Source: Clostridia bacterium (GTDB lineage: Bacteria > Bacillota > Clostridia > Oscillospirales > Acutalibacteraceae). Taken from it: 64,000 nucleotides of DNA. The DNA is taken from positions 5,425 through 69,424 of the forward strand of contig JAFYSE010000035.1 of NCBI GenBank assembly GCA_017546665.1. The letters are read 5' to 3'. Position numbers and translations under genes: made by a program. Of the stretch, positions 36,396 to 47,177 are shown one piece after another. The notes under the pieces are model-generated. The model did not search any database and had not been told where the DNA came from. It was given only the letters and a program-made list of their open reading frames with translations. Every line of letters starts with the position of its first letter. Position 1 is the stretch's first letter.

Positions 36396-37139
36396 ATGGC
36401 TGATAATACAATTAGACTTCAAAAATATTTATCTGAATGTGGAGTTGCATCCAGAAGAAAAGCAGAAGAAATGATTGCGGCAGGTAAGGTGAAGGTTAAT
36501 GGACGACCTGCTACAATCGGTGATAAGATTAATCCAAAACAGGATACGATTGTTGTTGCTGGCAAGAAAATAAAAAAGACCAGCAAGAAAAACACATATA
36601 TTATGCTCCATAAACCACGTGGGTTCATAACAACACTTAGTGATGAAATGGGAAGAAAATGTGTTGCGCAATTAATTGAAGATGTTGGTACGAGAGTATA
36701 TCCGGTTGGTAGACTTGACCGAGATTCTGAGGGTTTATTGTTGCTTACTGATGATGGTGAGTTTGCAAATGCTATGACTCACCCAACAAAGCATGTTCCA
36801 AAAACTTATCGTGTTACTATAAGACCTTCTATTACTGAAGAACAAATTACCGCCTTAACAACGGGTATTGAAATAGATGGTAGAATGACAATGCCATCTG
36901 AAGTGCGTGTTATTGAGAAAAAAGAAGGTAGAGTTGTTTTGGAAATAATCATTTATGAAGGTCGTAATAGACAGATTCGTAAAATGTGTGATGCCTTAGG
37001 ACTTGAAGTTGCAAGATTAAAACGTACTCAGATTGGCTCAGTAAAGCTTGGTATGCTTAAACAAGGCGACTGGCGTAACCTTACTGATGAAGAGGTACAC
37101 AAGCTAACTGTTGCAGCATCAACGAAGGAAAGAATATAA
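36396..37139 (+). CDS. rluB: Pseudouridine synthase (RluB/RsuA family with an S4 domain)
   Basis: The S4 domain has RLQKYLSECGVASRRKAE. The catalytic motif is VGRLDRDSEGLLLLTDDG. Confidence 0.9.
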   Translation: MADNTIRLQKYLSECGVASRRKAEEMIAAGKVKVNGRPATIGDKINPKQDTIVVAGKKIKKTSKKNTYIMLHKPRGFITTLSDEMGRKCVAQLIEDVGTRVYPVGRLDRDSEGLLLLTDDGEFANAMTHPTKHVPKTYRVTIRPSITEEQITALTTGIEIDGRMTMPSEVRVIEKKEGRVVLEIIIYEGRNRQIRKMCDALGLEVARLKRTQIGSVKLGMLKQGDWRNLTDEEVHKLTVAASTKERI

Positions 37140-37142
37140 AAA

Positions 37143-37517
37143 ATGATTTTTTATAAACCAATTGAAAATATAGATGAAATAAAAATGATGTTTCCACAAG
37201 CTACATTTAAATATGAAGTTCAATATGGTGTGTATGTTGGAATTGACGAAGACGGTAATCAACTTGGCTCTTGTCTTATGTCTATGTTTGGTTACAAGTG
37301 TTATATTGAAATAATTGAGTGCGATTACTCTGATAAACTTCTCGTGGAAGGTTTTTTACGTTCAGCCTTAAATTTTTGTGCAAACAGAAATGCATATATG
37401 GCATATTGTAATTTGGAAGAAATATCAGATGTTTTATTGCATCTTGGATTTGAAAATAACGATTGTGTTTATAGTGGTGATATTCCAAGTTTGTTAAAAG
37501 GTAGCTGCTGTAAATAA
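37143..37517 (+). CDS. Hypothetical 124-aa protein (possibly a degenerate GNAT-like fold) with a C-terminal CC
   Basis: The ORF is tightly packed between rluB and yicC (3 nt and 18 nt gaps). EGFLRSALNFCANRNA weakly resembles GNAT motif A. I recognise no family with confidence. Confidence 0.45.
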   Translation: MIFYKPIENIDEIKMMFPQATFKYEVQYGVYVGIDEDGNQLGSCLMSMFGYKCYIEIIECDYSDKLLVEGFLRSALNFCANRNAYMAYCNLEEISDVLLHLGFENNDCVYSGDIPSLLKGSCCK

Positions 37518-37535
37518 TTCGTTTGGAGTGATATA

Positions 37536-38420
37536 ATGATTAAAAGTATGACAGGTTACGGTAGGGCACAGGCCGTAGTTGAAACAATGAGCATTACAGT
37601 TGAAATAAAAAGTGTTAATCACAGATATTTTGAATTCAATTCTCGTGTACCAAGAAGTTACGGATTTCTTGAGGAGAAGTTAAAAGCTTATGTTGGTTCA
37701 CGAGTTTCACGTGGTAAGGTTGAATGCTATGTTTCTGTTGAAAATCTTGAAGATGATGAAGTAGAAATTTTAGTTAATCATTCTTTAGCTGAATCATATT
37801 TAAATGCTTTAAATGAACTTGCCGAAAGAAATCAGCTTAATCTACGTGATGATTTAGCTATGTCATCCCTTGCAAGATATAACGATATATTCACAGTACA
37901 TAAAAAAGAAGCCGATGAAGATAAGATTTGGAGTGCAGTTAAAGAAGTTGTTAGTTCTGCTGTTGATAAATTTATTTTCATGCGTGAGACAGAAGGTAAA
38001 AAGTTAAAGGATGATGTTCTTTCAAGAGCTAACTTAATACTTGACAAAGTATCTGAGATTGAAAAACGTTCACCCGAGACAGTTAAGGAATATAACGACA
38101 AGTTATTAGCTAGAATCAATGATTTCTTATCCGATATTCAAGTGGATGAACAGAGATTACTTACAGAATGTGCAATATTTGCAGATAAGGTAGCCGTAGC
38201 AGAAGAAACAGTAAGACTCAGAAGTCATATTGACCAGTTAAGACAGTTTCTTGATAGTGACGATGCTGTTGGCCGAAAGACAGATTTCCTTGTACAGGAA
38301 ATGAATCGTGAGGCAAATACAATAGGTTCAAAAGCACAGGATGTAACAATAGCAAGAAATGTTATTGATATTAAAGCAGAAATAGAAAAAATTAGAGAAC
38401 AAATTCAGAATATTGAATGA
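37536..38420 (+). CDS. yicC: YicC/YloC family endoribonuclease
   Basis: MIKSMTGYGRA...EIKSVNHRY at the N-terminus and FLVQEMNREANTIGSKA at the C-terminus. Confidence 0.9.
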   Translation: MIKSMTGYGRAQAVVETMSITVEIKSVNHRYFEFNSRVPRSYGFLEEKLKAYVGSRVSRGKVECYVSVENLEDDEVEILVNHSLAESYLNALNELAERNQLNLRDDLAMSSLARYNDIFTVHKKEADEDKIWSAVKEVVSSAVDKFIFMRETEGKKLKDDVLSRANLILDKVSEIEKRSPETVKEYNDKLLARINDFLSDIQVDEQRLLTECAIFADKVAVAEETVRLRSHIDQLRQFLDSDDAVGRKTDFLVQEMNREANTIGSKAQDVTIARNVIDIKAEIEKIREQIQNIE

Positions 38421-38429
38421 GGTATATTA

Positions 38430-38696
38430 ATGAAATTAATCAATGTTGGGTTTGGAAATGCAGTTAATGCAGATAGAGTTATTGCTATTGTTTCTACAGA
38501 TTCTGCACCAATCAAAAGAATTATTTCAGAAGCAAAAGAGAAACATATGTTAATCGATGCAACACAAGGCAGAAAAACACAAGCTGTGGTTATTATGGAT
38601 AGTGACCATATTGTATCTACATACCTTAAAGCTGAAACAATTTTGAATAGATTTGAAAACATTGATGAAACAGAGGGGTCAGGTTATGGGGCATAA
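38430..38696 (+). CDS. remA: RemA (DUF370) biofilm/extracellular-matrix regulator
   Basis: [11 protein letters not shown]...RVIAIV...SAPIKR...A......LIDAT.GRKT.AV pattern, in the conserved position between yicC and gmk. Confidence 0.9.
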   Translation: MKLINVGFGNAVNADRVIAIVSTDSAPIKRIISEAKEKHMLIDATQGRKTQAVVIMDSDHIVSTYLKAETILNRFENIDETEGSGYGA

Positions 38697-39300
38697 AGAA
38701 GGTATGCTTATTCTTTTTTCAGGACCATCAGGAGTTGGCAAAGATACTGTTCTTGATATTGTTTTGAATAAAGATAAAAGCTTGCAGAAATCTATTTCGT
38801 TAACTACAAGAAGTATAAGAGAAAATGAAGTAGATGGAAAAGATTATTATTTTATTTCACAGGATGAATTTCAAGATATGATTGCCAAAGGACAAGTCCT
38901 TGAGTTTGCTAAATATGGTTCAAATTTTTATGGCACACCAAAGGCTCCTATTGATAAATGGCTCAGTGAAGGTAAAACAGTTATTTTAAAAATTGAAGTT
39001 CAAGGTGCTTCAAAAATTAAAGAATTATATCCGGATTCTGTTGCTATTTTTGTTTTACCACCTTCTATGAAAGAGTTGGAGTCTCGACTTCGTTCAAGAG
39101 GTACAGAAAATGAAGATGATGTCATCAAAAGATTGGATATCGCTCGTGAGGAAGTAAAACGTAGCAAGGATTATGATTTTATTGTAATTAATGATGATTT
39201 AGAAAGTGCTTCTAATAACGTTTTATCGATTGTTAAGGCGCTTGATTTTTCATATAAAAGAATGAACAATTATGTAAGTGAGGTAATAAATAATGTTTAA
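38686..39300 (+). CDS. gmk: Guanylate kinase
   Basis: The P-loop is [12 protein letters not shown], with TTR...E..G.DY.F. ATG 38686 follows GAGGGG and overlaps the remA 3' end. Confidence 0.93.
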   Translation: MGHKEGMLILFSGPSGVGKDTVLDIVLNKDKSLQKSISLTTRSIRENEVDGKDYYFISQDEFQDMIAKGQVLEFAKYGSNFYGTPKAPIDKWLSEGKTVILKIEVQGASKIKELYPDSVAIFVLPPSMKELESRLRSRGTENEDDVIKRLDIAREEVKRSKDYDFIVINDDLESASNNVLSIVKALDFSYKRMNNYVSEVINNV

Positions 39301-39502
39301 TCCAGATTTAAGAAATGTACTTGCAAATAATACAAGCCGTTATTCACTTGTAACAGCTATTGCAAAAAGAGCGAGAGAAATTTCATCAGAAGCACAAGAA
39401 AATGGTGAAATACTCAACGAGAAACCAGTTAGTATTGCATTAGATGAAATTATCAACGGCAAATATGAAGTGGTGGAATCAGAAGAACTTAAAAATTTCT
39501 AA
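39293..39502 (+). CDS. rpoZ: DNA-directed RNA polymerase subunit omega
   Basis: A 69-aa protein with the SRYSLVTAIAKRAREI motif, in the conserved position after gmk. Confidence 0.88.
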   Translation: MFNPDLRNVLANNTSRYSLVTAIAKRAREISSEAQENGEILNEKPVSIALDEIINGKYEVVESEELKNF

Positions 39503-39538
39503 TTAAAACTTAATAAAATAAATGAGAGGGGGCAGAGT

Positions 39539-41983
39539 ATGAGCAATTTAACTGTTGTAAAAGTAGCTGTTGAAAATACAGCATATTCTTTTGACATGTT
39601 ATTTGAGTATTCTGTGCCCGATTTTTTATATGACGATGTTGTTCCTGGAAAAAGAGTGCTTGTTCCATTTGGTAATGCATCAAAGAAACGTGTTGGTATT
39701 GTTTTTAGTAAAGAATTATGTTGTGATACAGCAAAAAAACTTAAAAAAGTTGATTCAGTTATCGATATAAAACCATTATTAACAAGAGAAATGCTTAAAA
39801 CATCAAATTTCATACACGATATGTGTTTCTGTACATATTTTGATGCTTGTAAGCTTTTTTTGCCACACGGATTACTTTTATCAGTTAATGTTCTATATGC
39901 AATTAATCCTGATTATGAAGGTATTCTTGATGAGTTTGAGTTATTGGTATGCGAATATTTGCAAAATAAAAAAAGTTTTACAAAAGGCGAATTAATTGTA
40001 TCTGCGTGCGGTTTAAAAAACATTAGTTTTCTCGACAAAATGTTTGACAAGGGCATTCTTTTAAAGAATGTTGATGCACAACGTAAAATGAACGATGCAA
40101 CCATAAAAATGGTTGAGCTCCTTGTACAAAATGATAGTTCTGAAGTTGATAAACTGACAAAAAAACAAAAGGAAGTTGTAAATATTCTTTCAGATGTAGG
40201 TATCGTGTCAGTTAAAGAACTTTGCTATTTTACTGGGTATTCATCCGCAGTAATTTCAGCTCTTGAAAACAAAAATATAATAAGGACCTTTGATGATGAA
40301 ATTTTTCGTAAACCTTATGAATATGTAGAAGATGTAAATACGTCTCCCATTATTCTTTCAGATGAACAACTTAAAGCGTATTCAGGTTTATACAACCTTT
40401 TTAATGAGGAAAAAGCAAATGGTGCTTTATTATATGGTGTTACTGGAAGTGGCAAAACAAAGGTATATCTGAAACTTATTGATGAAGCCCTTAAAACAGA
40501 TAAGGGAATTATTGTGATGATTCCGGAGATTTCCTTAACTCCACAGATGCTTTCTCTTTTTTATAGCAGATATGGTGATAAGGTTGCTGTTTTTCATAGT
40601 GCACTTTCTCTTGGTCAGCGTCTTGATGAATGGAAACGCGTCAAAAATGGCGATGCTAAAATTGCAATAGGAACACGTTCTGCTGTTTTTGCACCCTTTG
40701 ATGATATTGGTCTTATCGTTATTGATGAAGAACAGGAACATACCTACAAGTCAGAAATGTCACCTAGATACAATGCAAAAAAGGTTGCTCAATATCGTAT
40801 TGGATGTCATAAAGGATTACTTGTATTATCATCAGCAACACCATCAATTGATACATATACAAAAGCTAAAAAAGGAATCTATTCACTTTTTAAATTAGAT
40901 AAAAGATATGGAAAAGCTGTTCTTCCCGATGTTCAGTTAATTGATACAACATATCAAAGTGATATGATTCTTGAAAACATTAGTAAACAATTAGCTGATG
41001 AACTTAAAGAGAATTATATTCAAGGTAAACAGTCAATTCTCTTGTTAAATAGGAGAGGTTATAACACGTATGCACATTGTTCTGAATGTGGAACTGTTTC
41101 AACCTGCCCTAATTGTAGTATTTCATTGACTTATCATATAAGGAATGGAAGATTGATGTGTCACTATTGTGGATATTCTGTTCCTTTTTCAAAAAAGTGT
41201 GATAATTGTAATACTGAATCAGTTAAATTTAGTGGTTCAGGAACGCAAAAATTAGAGGAAGAGTTAAGTCAAATTGTACCCGATGCAAGGATATTACGAA
41301 TGGATACGGATACAACATCCTCTCGTTTTTCATTTGAGAAAAACTTTAAATCATTTGGTGAACATAAATATGATATACTTGTTGGTACTCAAATGGTTGC
41401 CAAAGGTTTGGATTTTTCTGATGTTACACTAGTTGGTGTACTGAATATTGACCAAATGCTTTTTAATGATGATTATAAAAGTGGTGAAAGGGCTTTTGAT
41501 TTAATAACACAGGTTGTTGGTCGCAGCGGTAGAGGTGAAATACCAGGAAAAGCATATATTCAAACTTCTTTTCCAGATAGTGAGATTATATCAATGGCAA
41601 AAGAACAAGATTACGAATCTTTTTATAATGTTGAATTGCCAATGAGAAAAGCGATGATTTATCCACCATTTTGTGATTTGTGTGTAATTGGATTTACGTC
41701 CGATGTGGAGATTTCAACTAAACGTGCTGCAAATGACTTTTTAAATCAATTAAAAATCGTACATTCTAAAAAATATAAGAACAATGATATTATTGTTCTT
41801 GGACCGGTTACCCCAAGAGTTGCAAAGCTTGGAGGTAAGTTCCGTGAACGAATTATAATTAAATGTAAAAATTCAGTCGAATTTAGAAGAATGATTAGTG
41901 AATTATTAAAGCAATTTGCCAAAGAGAAAAAATACGAAAATGTAAGTGTTTATGCTGATATTAATCCAGAAAGTGTAATGTAA
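39539..41983 (+). CDS. priA: Primosomal protein N' (replication restart helicase)
   Basis: Walker A is GVTGSGKT and the DEAD-like box is VIDEEQE. The Cys-rich zinc-binding insert is CSECG...CPNCS...CHYCG...CDNC. Confidence 0.95.
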   Translation: MSNLTVVKVAVENTAYSFDMLFEYSVPDFLYDDVVPGKRVLVPFGNASKKRVGIVFSKELCCDTAKKLKKVDSVIDIKPLLTREMLKTSNFIHDMCFCTYFDACKLFLPHGLLLSVNVLYAINPDYEGILDEFELLVCEYLQNKKSFTKGELIVSACGLKNISFLDKMFDKGILLKNVDAQRKMNDATIKMVELLVQNDSSEVDKLTKKQKEVVNILSDVGIVSVKELCYFTGYSSAVISALENKNIIRTFDDEIFRKPYEYVEDVNTSPIILSDEQLKAYSGLYNLFNEEKANGALLYGVTGSGKTKVYLKLIDEALKTDKGIIVMIPEISLTPQMLSLFYSRYGDKVAVFHSALSLGQRLDEWKRVKNGDAKIAIGTRSAVFAPFDDIGLIVIDEEQEHTYKSEMSPRYNAKKVAQYRIGCHKGLLVLSSATPSIDTYTKAKKGIYSLFKLDKRYGKAVLPDVQLIDTTYQSDMILENISKQLADELKENYIQGKQSILLLNRRGYNTYAHCSECGTVSTCPNCSISLTYHIRNGRLMCHYCGYSVPFSKKCDNCNTESVKFSGSGTQKLEEELSQIVPDARILRMDTDTTSSRFSFEKNFKSFGEHKYDILVGTQMVAKGLDFSDVTLVGVLNIDQMLFNDDYKSGERAFDLITQVVGRSGRGEIPGKAYIQTSFPDSEIISMAKEQDYESFYNVELPMRKAMIYPPFCDLCVIGFTSDVEISTKRAANDFLNQLKIVHSKKYKNNDIIVLGPVTPRVAKLGGKFRERIIIKCKNSVEFRRMISELLKQFAKEKKYENVSVYADINPESVM

Positions 41984-41994
41984 GGAGTTTAGTG

Positions 41995-42465
41995 ATGGCA
42001 ATTAGAAATATAAGAACAGATAGTGACCCAATTTTAAGAAAGAAAAGTAGGGTAGTTGAAAATTTTGACGAAAAACTATGGACCTTGCTTGATGATATGA
42101 AAGATACAATGTATCAGGCAGAAGGTGTTGGTTTAGCCGCTGTTCAGGTTGGTATATTGAAAAGAGTAGTAATTGTTGACGTAGGTGATGGCTTAATAGA
42201 ACTTATTAACCCCGAAATTATCGATGTAGAAGGAGAACAATTTGGAGTTGAAGGTTGTCTTTCTTTGCCTGGTAAGTCAGGATATACATTAAGACCTATG
42301 ACAGTTAAGGTTAAGGCTCAAAATAGAAATGGTAATTGGTGTGTATATAAAGGTAGTGAGTTAAAAGCAAAGGCTTTTTGCCATGAAATTGACCATTTAG
42401 ATGGTACTTTATATATAGATAAGCTTTGCTCACAAGAAGAAATAGATAAATACAATAAGGACTGA
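41995..42465 (+). CDS. def: Peptide deformylase
   Basis: The [15 protein letters not shown] and HEIDHLDG motifs. Confidence 0.95.
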   Translation: MAIRNIRTDSDPILRKKSRVVENFDEKLWTLLDDMKDTMYQAEGVGLAAVQVGILKRVVIVDVGDGLIELINPEIIDVEGEQFGVEGCLSLPGKSGYTLRPMTVKVKAQNRNGNWCVYKGSELKAKAFCHEIDHLDGTLYIDKLCSQEEIDKYNKD

Positions 42466-42469
42466 TTTT

Positions 42470-43402
42470 ATGCGTATAATCTTTATGGGTACACCTGAGT
42501 TTTCTGTACCTTGTTTAGAAGCTCTAATTAATAGTGAAGATGAGATTGTTGGCGTTTTTACGCAGCCTGATAAACCAAAGGGTAGAGGATATGAATTAAC
42601 ACCACCACCTGTTAAGGTGTGTGCTGTTGAAAATAATATTCCTGTTTTTCAACCGGTTTCAATGCGAGATGGTGTTGCATTAGAGATTATAAAATCTCTT
42701 AATGCTGATTTAATAATAGTTGTTGCATTTGGCAAGATTTTACCTAAAGAAATTCTTGAAAGTGTAAAATATGGATGCATAAATATTCATGCTTCACTAC
42801 TCCCAAAATTAAGAGGTGCAGCGCCAATCCAATGGAGCATAATTAATGGTGAAAATGTAACGGGTGTAACCTCTATGCAGATGGATGTGGGTCTTGATAC
42901 AGGGGATATGTTGTTAAAAAAATCAGTTGAAATAACAGAAAATATGAACGCAGGAGAATTGCATGATATTCTTTCTGTTTTAGGAGCAGAAGTTCTTATT
43001 GATACTATTAAAGAACTGAAAAATAATAATCTTAATCCACAAAAACAGGACGATAGCATTTCAAATTATGCTTCAATGCTTTCAAAGGATTTATGCCCCA
43101 TTGATTTTAGTAAATCTGCTCAGGATGTTCATAATAAGATACGTGGATTGTCACCTTGGCCGATAGCTACAACAACAATTTCAGGAAAAAAATTTAAAAT
43201 TCACTCATCCCAAGTATTAACAGAAAAATTTAATGGTACTTATGGTGAAATAGTAGATAATAATAATAGGCTTGTTTGTATGTGTGGGGATGGAAAGGCC
43301 ATTGAAATCCTTGAAATTCAAGCCGAAGGAAAAAGAAAAACAGATGCTGCAAGTTTCTTAAGAGGTCATAAAATAGATAAAGGTGTTATTATAGGGGGAT
43401 AA
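42470..43402 (+). CDS. fmt: Methionyl-tRNA formyltransferase
   Basis: MRIIFMGTPEFSVP and NIHASLLPKLRGAAPIQW motifs, after def. Confidence 0.95.
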   Translation: MRIIFMGTPEFSVPCLEALINSEDEIVGVFTQPDKPKGRGYELTPPPVKVCAVENNIPVFQPVSMRDGVALEIIKSLNADLIIVVAFGKILPKEILESVKYGCINIHASLLPKLRGAAPIQWSIINGENVTGVTSMQMDVGLDTGDMLLKKSVEITENMNAGELHDILSVLGAEVLIDTIKELKNNNLNPQKQDDSISNYASMLSKDLCPIDFSKSAQDVHNKIRGLSPWPIATTTISGKKFKIHSSQVLTEKFNGTYGEIVDNNNRLVCMCGDGKAIEILEIQAEGKRKTDAASFLRGHKIDKGVIIGG

Positions 43403-43404
43403 TT

Positions 43405-44112
43405 ATGCCTGATTATTTTTCATATTATTATTTGTCAAATTATTACTATATGATATTAGTTTTGCCAATGGTGATTTTATCTTTAATTGCTTCTGCAAAA
43501 GTTAAATCATCATTTAATAAATATTCAAAGGTTTTATCAGAAAAAAGATTAACAGGTGCTCAAGCTGCATTTGAAGTATTACGCTATTATGGAATAACCA
43601 ATATTAAAATTGAGCGTGTAAATGGAAGTCTTACTGACCATTTTGACCCTAGAATAAACATTATAAGATTATCTGACAATGTTTATAACTCAACTTCTGT
43701 TGCTGCGATAGGTGTCGCTTGTCACGAAGCAGGTCATGCTGCACAATATGCACAGAATTATACACCTATAAAAATGAGAAATACGGTTTTACCATTAGCA
43801 AACCTTGGCTCAAAATTGGGTATTCCTTTGGCGATAATCGGCTTTTTTATCGGTTTTACTCCTTTAGCATATGCAGGTGTTATATTCTTTTCTTTTGCAG
43901 TTTTTTTTCAACTTATAACACTCCCAGTTGAATTTAATGCAAGTAAAAGGGCTATTCAAGTTATTGGTGAAACAAATATTTTAAGTGAAGAGGAAAAGTC
44001 GGGTGCAAAAAAGGTATTATCTGCTGCAGCAATGACTTACGTAGCAGCTCTTGCTGTAAGTGTTGCAAGTTTGCTTCGTTTAATTCTAACTATTAATAAA
44101 AGAAGACGATAG
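43405..44112 (+). CDS. YugP-like membrane zinc metallopeptidase
   Basis: HEAGHAAQ zinc motif, hydrophobic segments at the N-terminus and in the middle, and a size typical of the Zn_peptidase_2 family. Confidence 0.8.
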   Translation: MPDYFSYYYLSNYYYMILVLPMVILSLIASAKVKSSFNKYSKVLSEKRLTGAQAAFEVLRYYGITNIKIERVNGSLTDHFDPRINIIRLSDNVYNSTSVAAIGVACHEAGHAAQYAQNYTPIKMRNTVLPLANLGSKLGIPLAIIGFFIGFTPLAYAGVIFFSFAVFFQLITLPVEFNASKRAIQVIGETNILSEEEKSGAKKVLSAAAMTYVAALAVSVASLLRLILTINKRRR

Positions 44113-44115
44113 ATT

Positions 44116-45378
44116 ATGGATGATAGATTTTTAGCATATAAAATTTTAAGTAAAATTGAGAGAGACAAGGCATATTCAAATATAACTGTTGATGTTGTTC
44201 TTAGTGAAAACGAAGCAACATCAACACCCTTTGTTTGTGCACTTGTATATGGTGTAATTGAAAGAAAAATTACAATAGATTACATTCTCTCAAAATTTCT
44301 TACTCAACCTATAAAGAAATTAAATCCTCAGGTATTAACCATATTAAGAATGGGTGTTTATCAAATAAAATTTATGGATAAAGTACCTGATTCTGCAGCA
44401 GTAAATGAAAGTGTAAAATTATCAAAAAAGGTTAAATGTTCATTTGCTTCAGGTTTAATAAATTCTGTATTAAGAAAAGTTTCTTTGAATGAAATGGTAT
44501 TTCCTGAAACAAGTAATAACATATTTGATTTAAGCATCAAATATTCATGTCCAGAGCCATTAATTGAGCATTATATTAATGATTATGGATACATAAATAC
44601 TGAAAAAATACTGTCTTCTTCATTAGGCTCTGCGCCATTGTTTATTAGAGTTAACACTTTGAAAATTTCTACAGAGGAACTAATTGACTTGTTAGAAAAA
44701 GAAGGTGTAATTGCAAGGAGAACCGAAGATAATGATTATTCTCTTGAAGTTGTTTCTGGTGCAGTTTTTAAGACAGAATGCTATAAGAAAGGCTATTTTC
44801 ACGCACAGGACTTAGCTTCACAGAAGTGTATAGATTGTTTAAACCCAAAAGAAAATGATATTGTTTTTGATATGTGTTCTGCACCGGGTGGAAAATCATT
44901 TACAATTGCAGAAAAAATGAATAATAAAGGCAAAATATATTCCTTTGATTTATATAAGCATAAAATTAAGCTTATAAATGATGCTGCTAAACGACTTGGT
45001 ATTGATATTATTGATGCACAAATTTGTGATGCAAGTGAGTTTAATTCACAATTACCAAAAGCAGATAAGGTTCTTTGTGATGTTCCCTGTGCGGGTCTTG
45101 GAGTAATAAGAAGAAAGCCTGAAATAAAGTACAAGGATTTCACTTTTATTGACAAACTATGCGAATTGCAATATAATATTTTAGATAATTCGTCTCTTTA
45201 TGTAAAGGAAAATGGTGTGTTGGTTTATTCTACCTGTTCTTTAAGTAAAAGGGAGAATGAGGGAGTTTGTGAAAAATTTTTAACAGAGCATAGTGACTTT
45301 AAATTAGATGAAATGGTTACATTAATTCCACACAAAAACTCTGATGGATTTTTCTTTGCAAAATTTATTAAGGAATAG
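44116..45378 (+). CDS. rsmB: 16S rRNA (cytosine967-C5)-methyltransferase
   Basis: An N-terminal NusB-like domain. The SAM motif is DMCSAPGGKS, with the catalytic DVPCAGLG and YSTCS motifs. Confidence 0.92.
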   Translation: MDDRFLAYKILSKIERDKAYSNITVDVVLSENEATSTPFVCALVYGVIERKITIDYILSKFLTQPIKKLNPQVLTILRMGVYQIKFMDKVPDSAAVNESVKLSKKVKCSFASGLINSVLRKVSLNEMVFPETSNNIFDLSIKYSCPEPLIEHYINDYGYINTEKILSSSLGSAPLFIRVNTLKISTEELIDLLEKEGVIARRTEDNDYSLEVVSGAVFKTECYKKGYFHAQDLASQKCIDCLNPKENDIVFDMCSAPGGKSFTIAEKMNNKGKIYSFDLYKHKIKLINDAAKRLGIDIIDAQICDASEFNSQLPKADKVLCDVPCAGLGVIRRKPEIKYKDFTFIDKLCELQYNILDNSSLYVKENGVLVYSTCSLSKRENEGVCEKFLTEHSDFKLDEMVTLIPHKNSDGFFFAKFIKE

Positions 45379-45383
45379 ATTTA

Positions 45384-46415
45384 ATGTTAAAAGACTTACG
45401 TTCGTTAAATTATAAAGAAATGCAAACTGAAATTATTAACCTTGGCTTTCCAAAATTCCGGGTTAATCAAATCTTCTCGTGGATACATGAAAAATGTGTT
45501 GATTCCTTTGATGAAATGACAAACTTATCCAAGGATATGCGAGGAAAATTGTCCGAACATTTTTACATCAGTAAACTTACAATAAACACAAAGCTCGTTT
45601 CAAAAGTTGATGAAACGGTTAAATATTTGTTTGTTTTATCTGATGGTGAATATGTCGAAAGTGTTGTTATGAAGTATAAATATGGATATTCTATTTGTAT
45701 TTCAACACAGGTTGGCTGTAAGATGGGATGTAAGTTCTGTGCATCAGCCATTGGTGGTTTTGTCCGTCAACTTTCTGTTGGAGAAATGCTTTCCGAAATT
45801 TATACTGCACAAAATGACTTGAACATCAAAATAAATCATCTTGTTCTTATGGGTACGGGAGAGCCATTGGACAATTATGAAAACGTAGTTAAAATGCTTG
45901 AACTTATATCTGACGAAAATGGTCAGAATATGAGCATGCGTCATATATCTTTATCCACTTGTGGACTTGTTCCTAAGATATATGATTTGGCAAAATTAAA
46001 GTACGGAATTACATTGTCTGTTTCACTACATGCACCAAACAATAACATTCGTTCAAAATCTATGCCTATCAATAACACATATGATATCGATGAGTTATTA
46101 AAAGCGTGTAGATATTATTCAGAACACACAGGCAGACGTATTTCTTTTGAGTATGCAATGATTAAAGATGTTAATGATAGCGATGAATATGCATTAGAGC
46201 TTGCAAATAGATTAAAAGGTATGTTATGTCACGTTAATTTAATACCTGTTAATAATGTTAAGGAAACTGATTATGTTAAAAGTTCTGTTGAAAGACAGAA
46301 GAAATTTATAGATATATTATCTTCAAGAGGAATTACTGCAACTGTTCGTCGGACACTTGGCAGTGATATTAATGCTTCTTGTGGACAGCTTAGAGCATCA
46401 AAGCGCAACAAGTAG
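45384..46415 (+). CDS. rlmN: 23S rRNA/tRNA A2503 methyltransferase (radical SAM)
   Basis: FRVNQIFSW at the N-terminus. The CKMGCKFC sequence is a CxxxCxxC radical-SAM motif. GTGEPL and the C-terminal DINASCGQL are also present. Confidence 0.95.
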   Translation: MLKDLRSLNYKEMQTEIINLGFPKFRVNQIFSWIHEKCVDSFDEMTNLSKDMRGKLSEHFYISKLTINTKLVSKVDETVKYLFVLSDGEYVESVVMKYKYGYSICISTQVGCKMGCKFCASAIGGFVRQLSVGEMLSEIYTAQNDLNIKINHLVLMGTGEPLDNYENVVKMLELISDENGQNMSMRHISLSTCGLVPKIYDLAKLKYGITLSVSLHAPNNNIRSKSMPINNTYDIDELLKACRYYSEHTGRRISFEYAMIKDVNDSDEYALELANRLKGMLCHVNLIPVNNVKETDYVKSSVERQKKFIDILSSRGITATVRRTLGSDINASCGQLRASKRNK

Positions 46416-46424
46416 GTGATTATT

Positions 46425-47153
46425 ATGAAAATTGTCGCAAAAACTGATATTGGGTTAACAAGAACCAGCAATCAGGATTCATATGCAGCAGGTGAGTTGC
46501 CAGGTTCAGTAGCATGGGCTGTTGTTTGTGATGGAATGGGTGGAACTAATGGCGGTAATCTTGCAAGTTCAACTGCAGTTAAGATTATTTCCGAACGTAT
46601 TTCCTCATCATATCGTCATGGGATGTCATTCAATTCCATAAAAAATATGTTTATGTCGGCAATTATTGCTGCTAATGTTTGTGTTTTTGATATGAGTAAG
46701 GAAAACCCTGAATTCTCTGGAATGGGTACAACGGTTGTTGTTGCTATTGTTGCTGATGAAAAAGTTTATGTTGCACATGCAGGTGATTCAAGAGCGTATA
46801 TTTTAACAGCTGGAAAGCTCCACCAACTTACCAAGGACCATTCATTTGTACAAGAAATGGTGGATAGTGGAAAACTTACTGCCGACGAGGCACGTGAAGA
46901 TCCGCGAAAGAATCTTATTACACGAGCATTAGGTGTTTCTGAAAATTTACAAATAGACTTTTGTGAAGAAGATATTTCGGAAAATGATGTTCTTTTGATA
47001 TGTACAGACGGTTTAACAAATTACGTTGAACCTAATGAAATATATGAATTAACTGATGATGGTAAATTCTATGAATTTGCCGAAAGACTTGTCAATCGAG
47101 CAAATAACAATGGTGGCGGTGACAATGTTACAGTTGTCACAGTTTCATATTGA
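46425..47153 (+). CDS. prpC: PP2C-type Ser/Thr phosphatase (Stp/PrpC)
   Basis: DIGLTRTSNQDS, VCDGMGG, GDSRAY and CTDGL motifs, directly upstream of prkC. Confidence 0.92.
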   Translation: MKIVAKTDIGLTRTSNQDSYAAGELPGSVAWAVVCDGMGGTNGGNLASSTAVKIISERISSSYRHGMSFNSIKNMFMSAIIAANVCVFDMSKENPEFSGMGTTVVVAIVADEKVYVAHAGDSRAYILTAGKLHQLTKDHSFVQEMVDSGKLTADEAREDPRKNLITRALGVSENLQIDFCEEDISENDVLLICTDGLTNYVEPNEIYELTDDGKFYEFAERLVNRANNNGGGDNVTVVTVSY

Positions 47154-47177
47154 TTTTGCTGAAAGGAGTTTTTGTTA

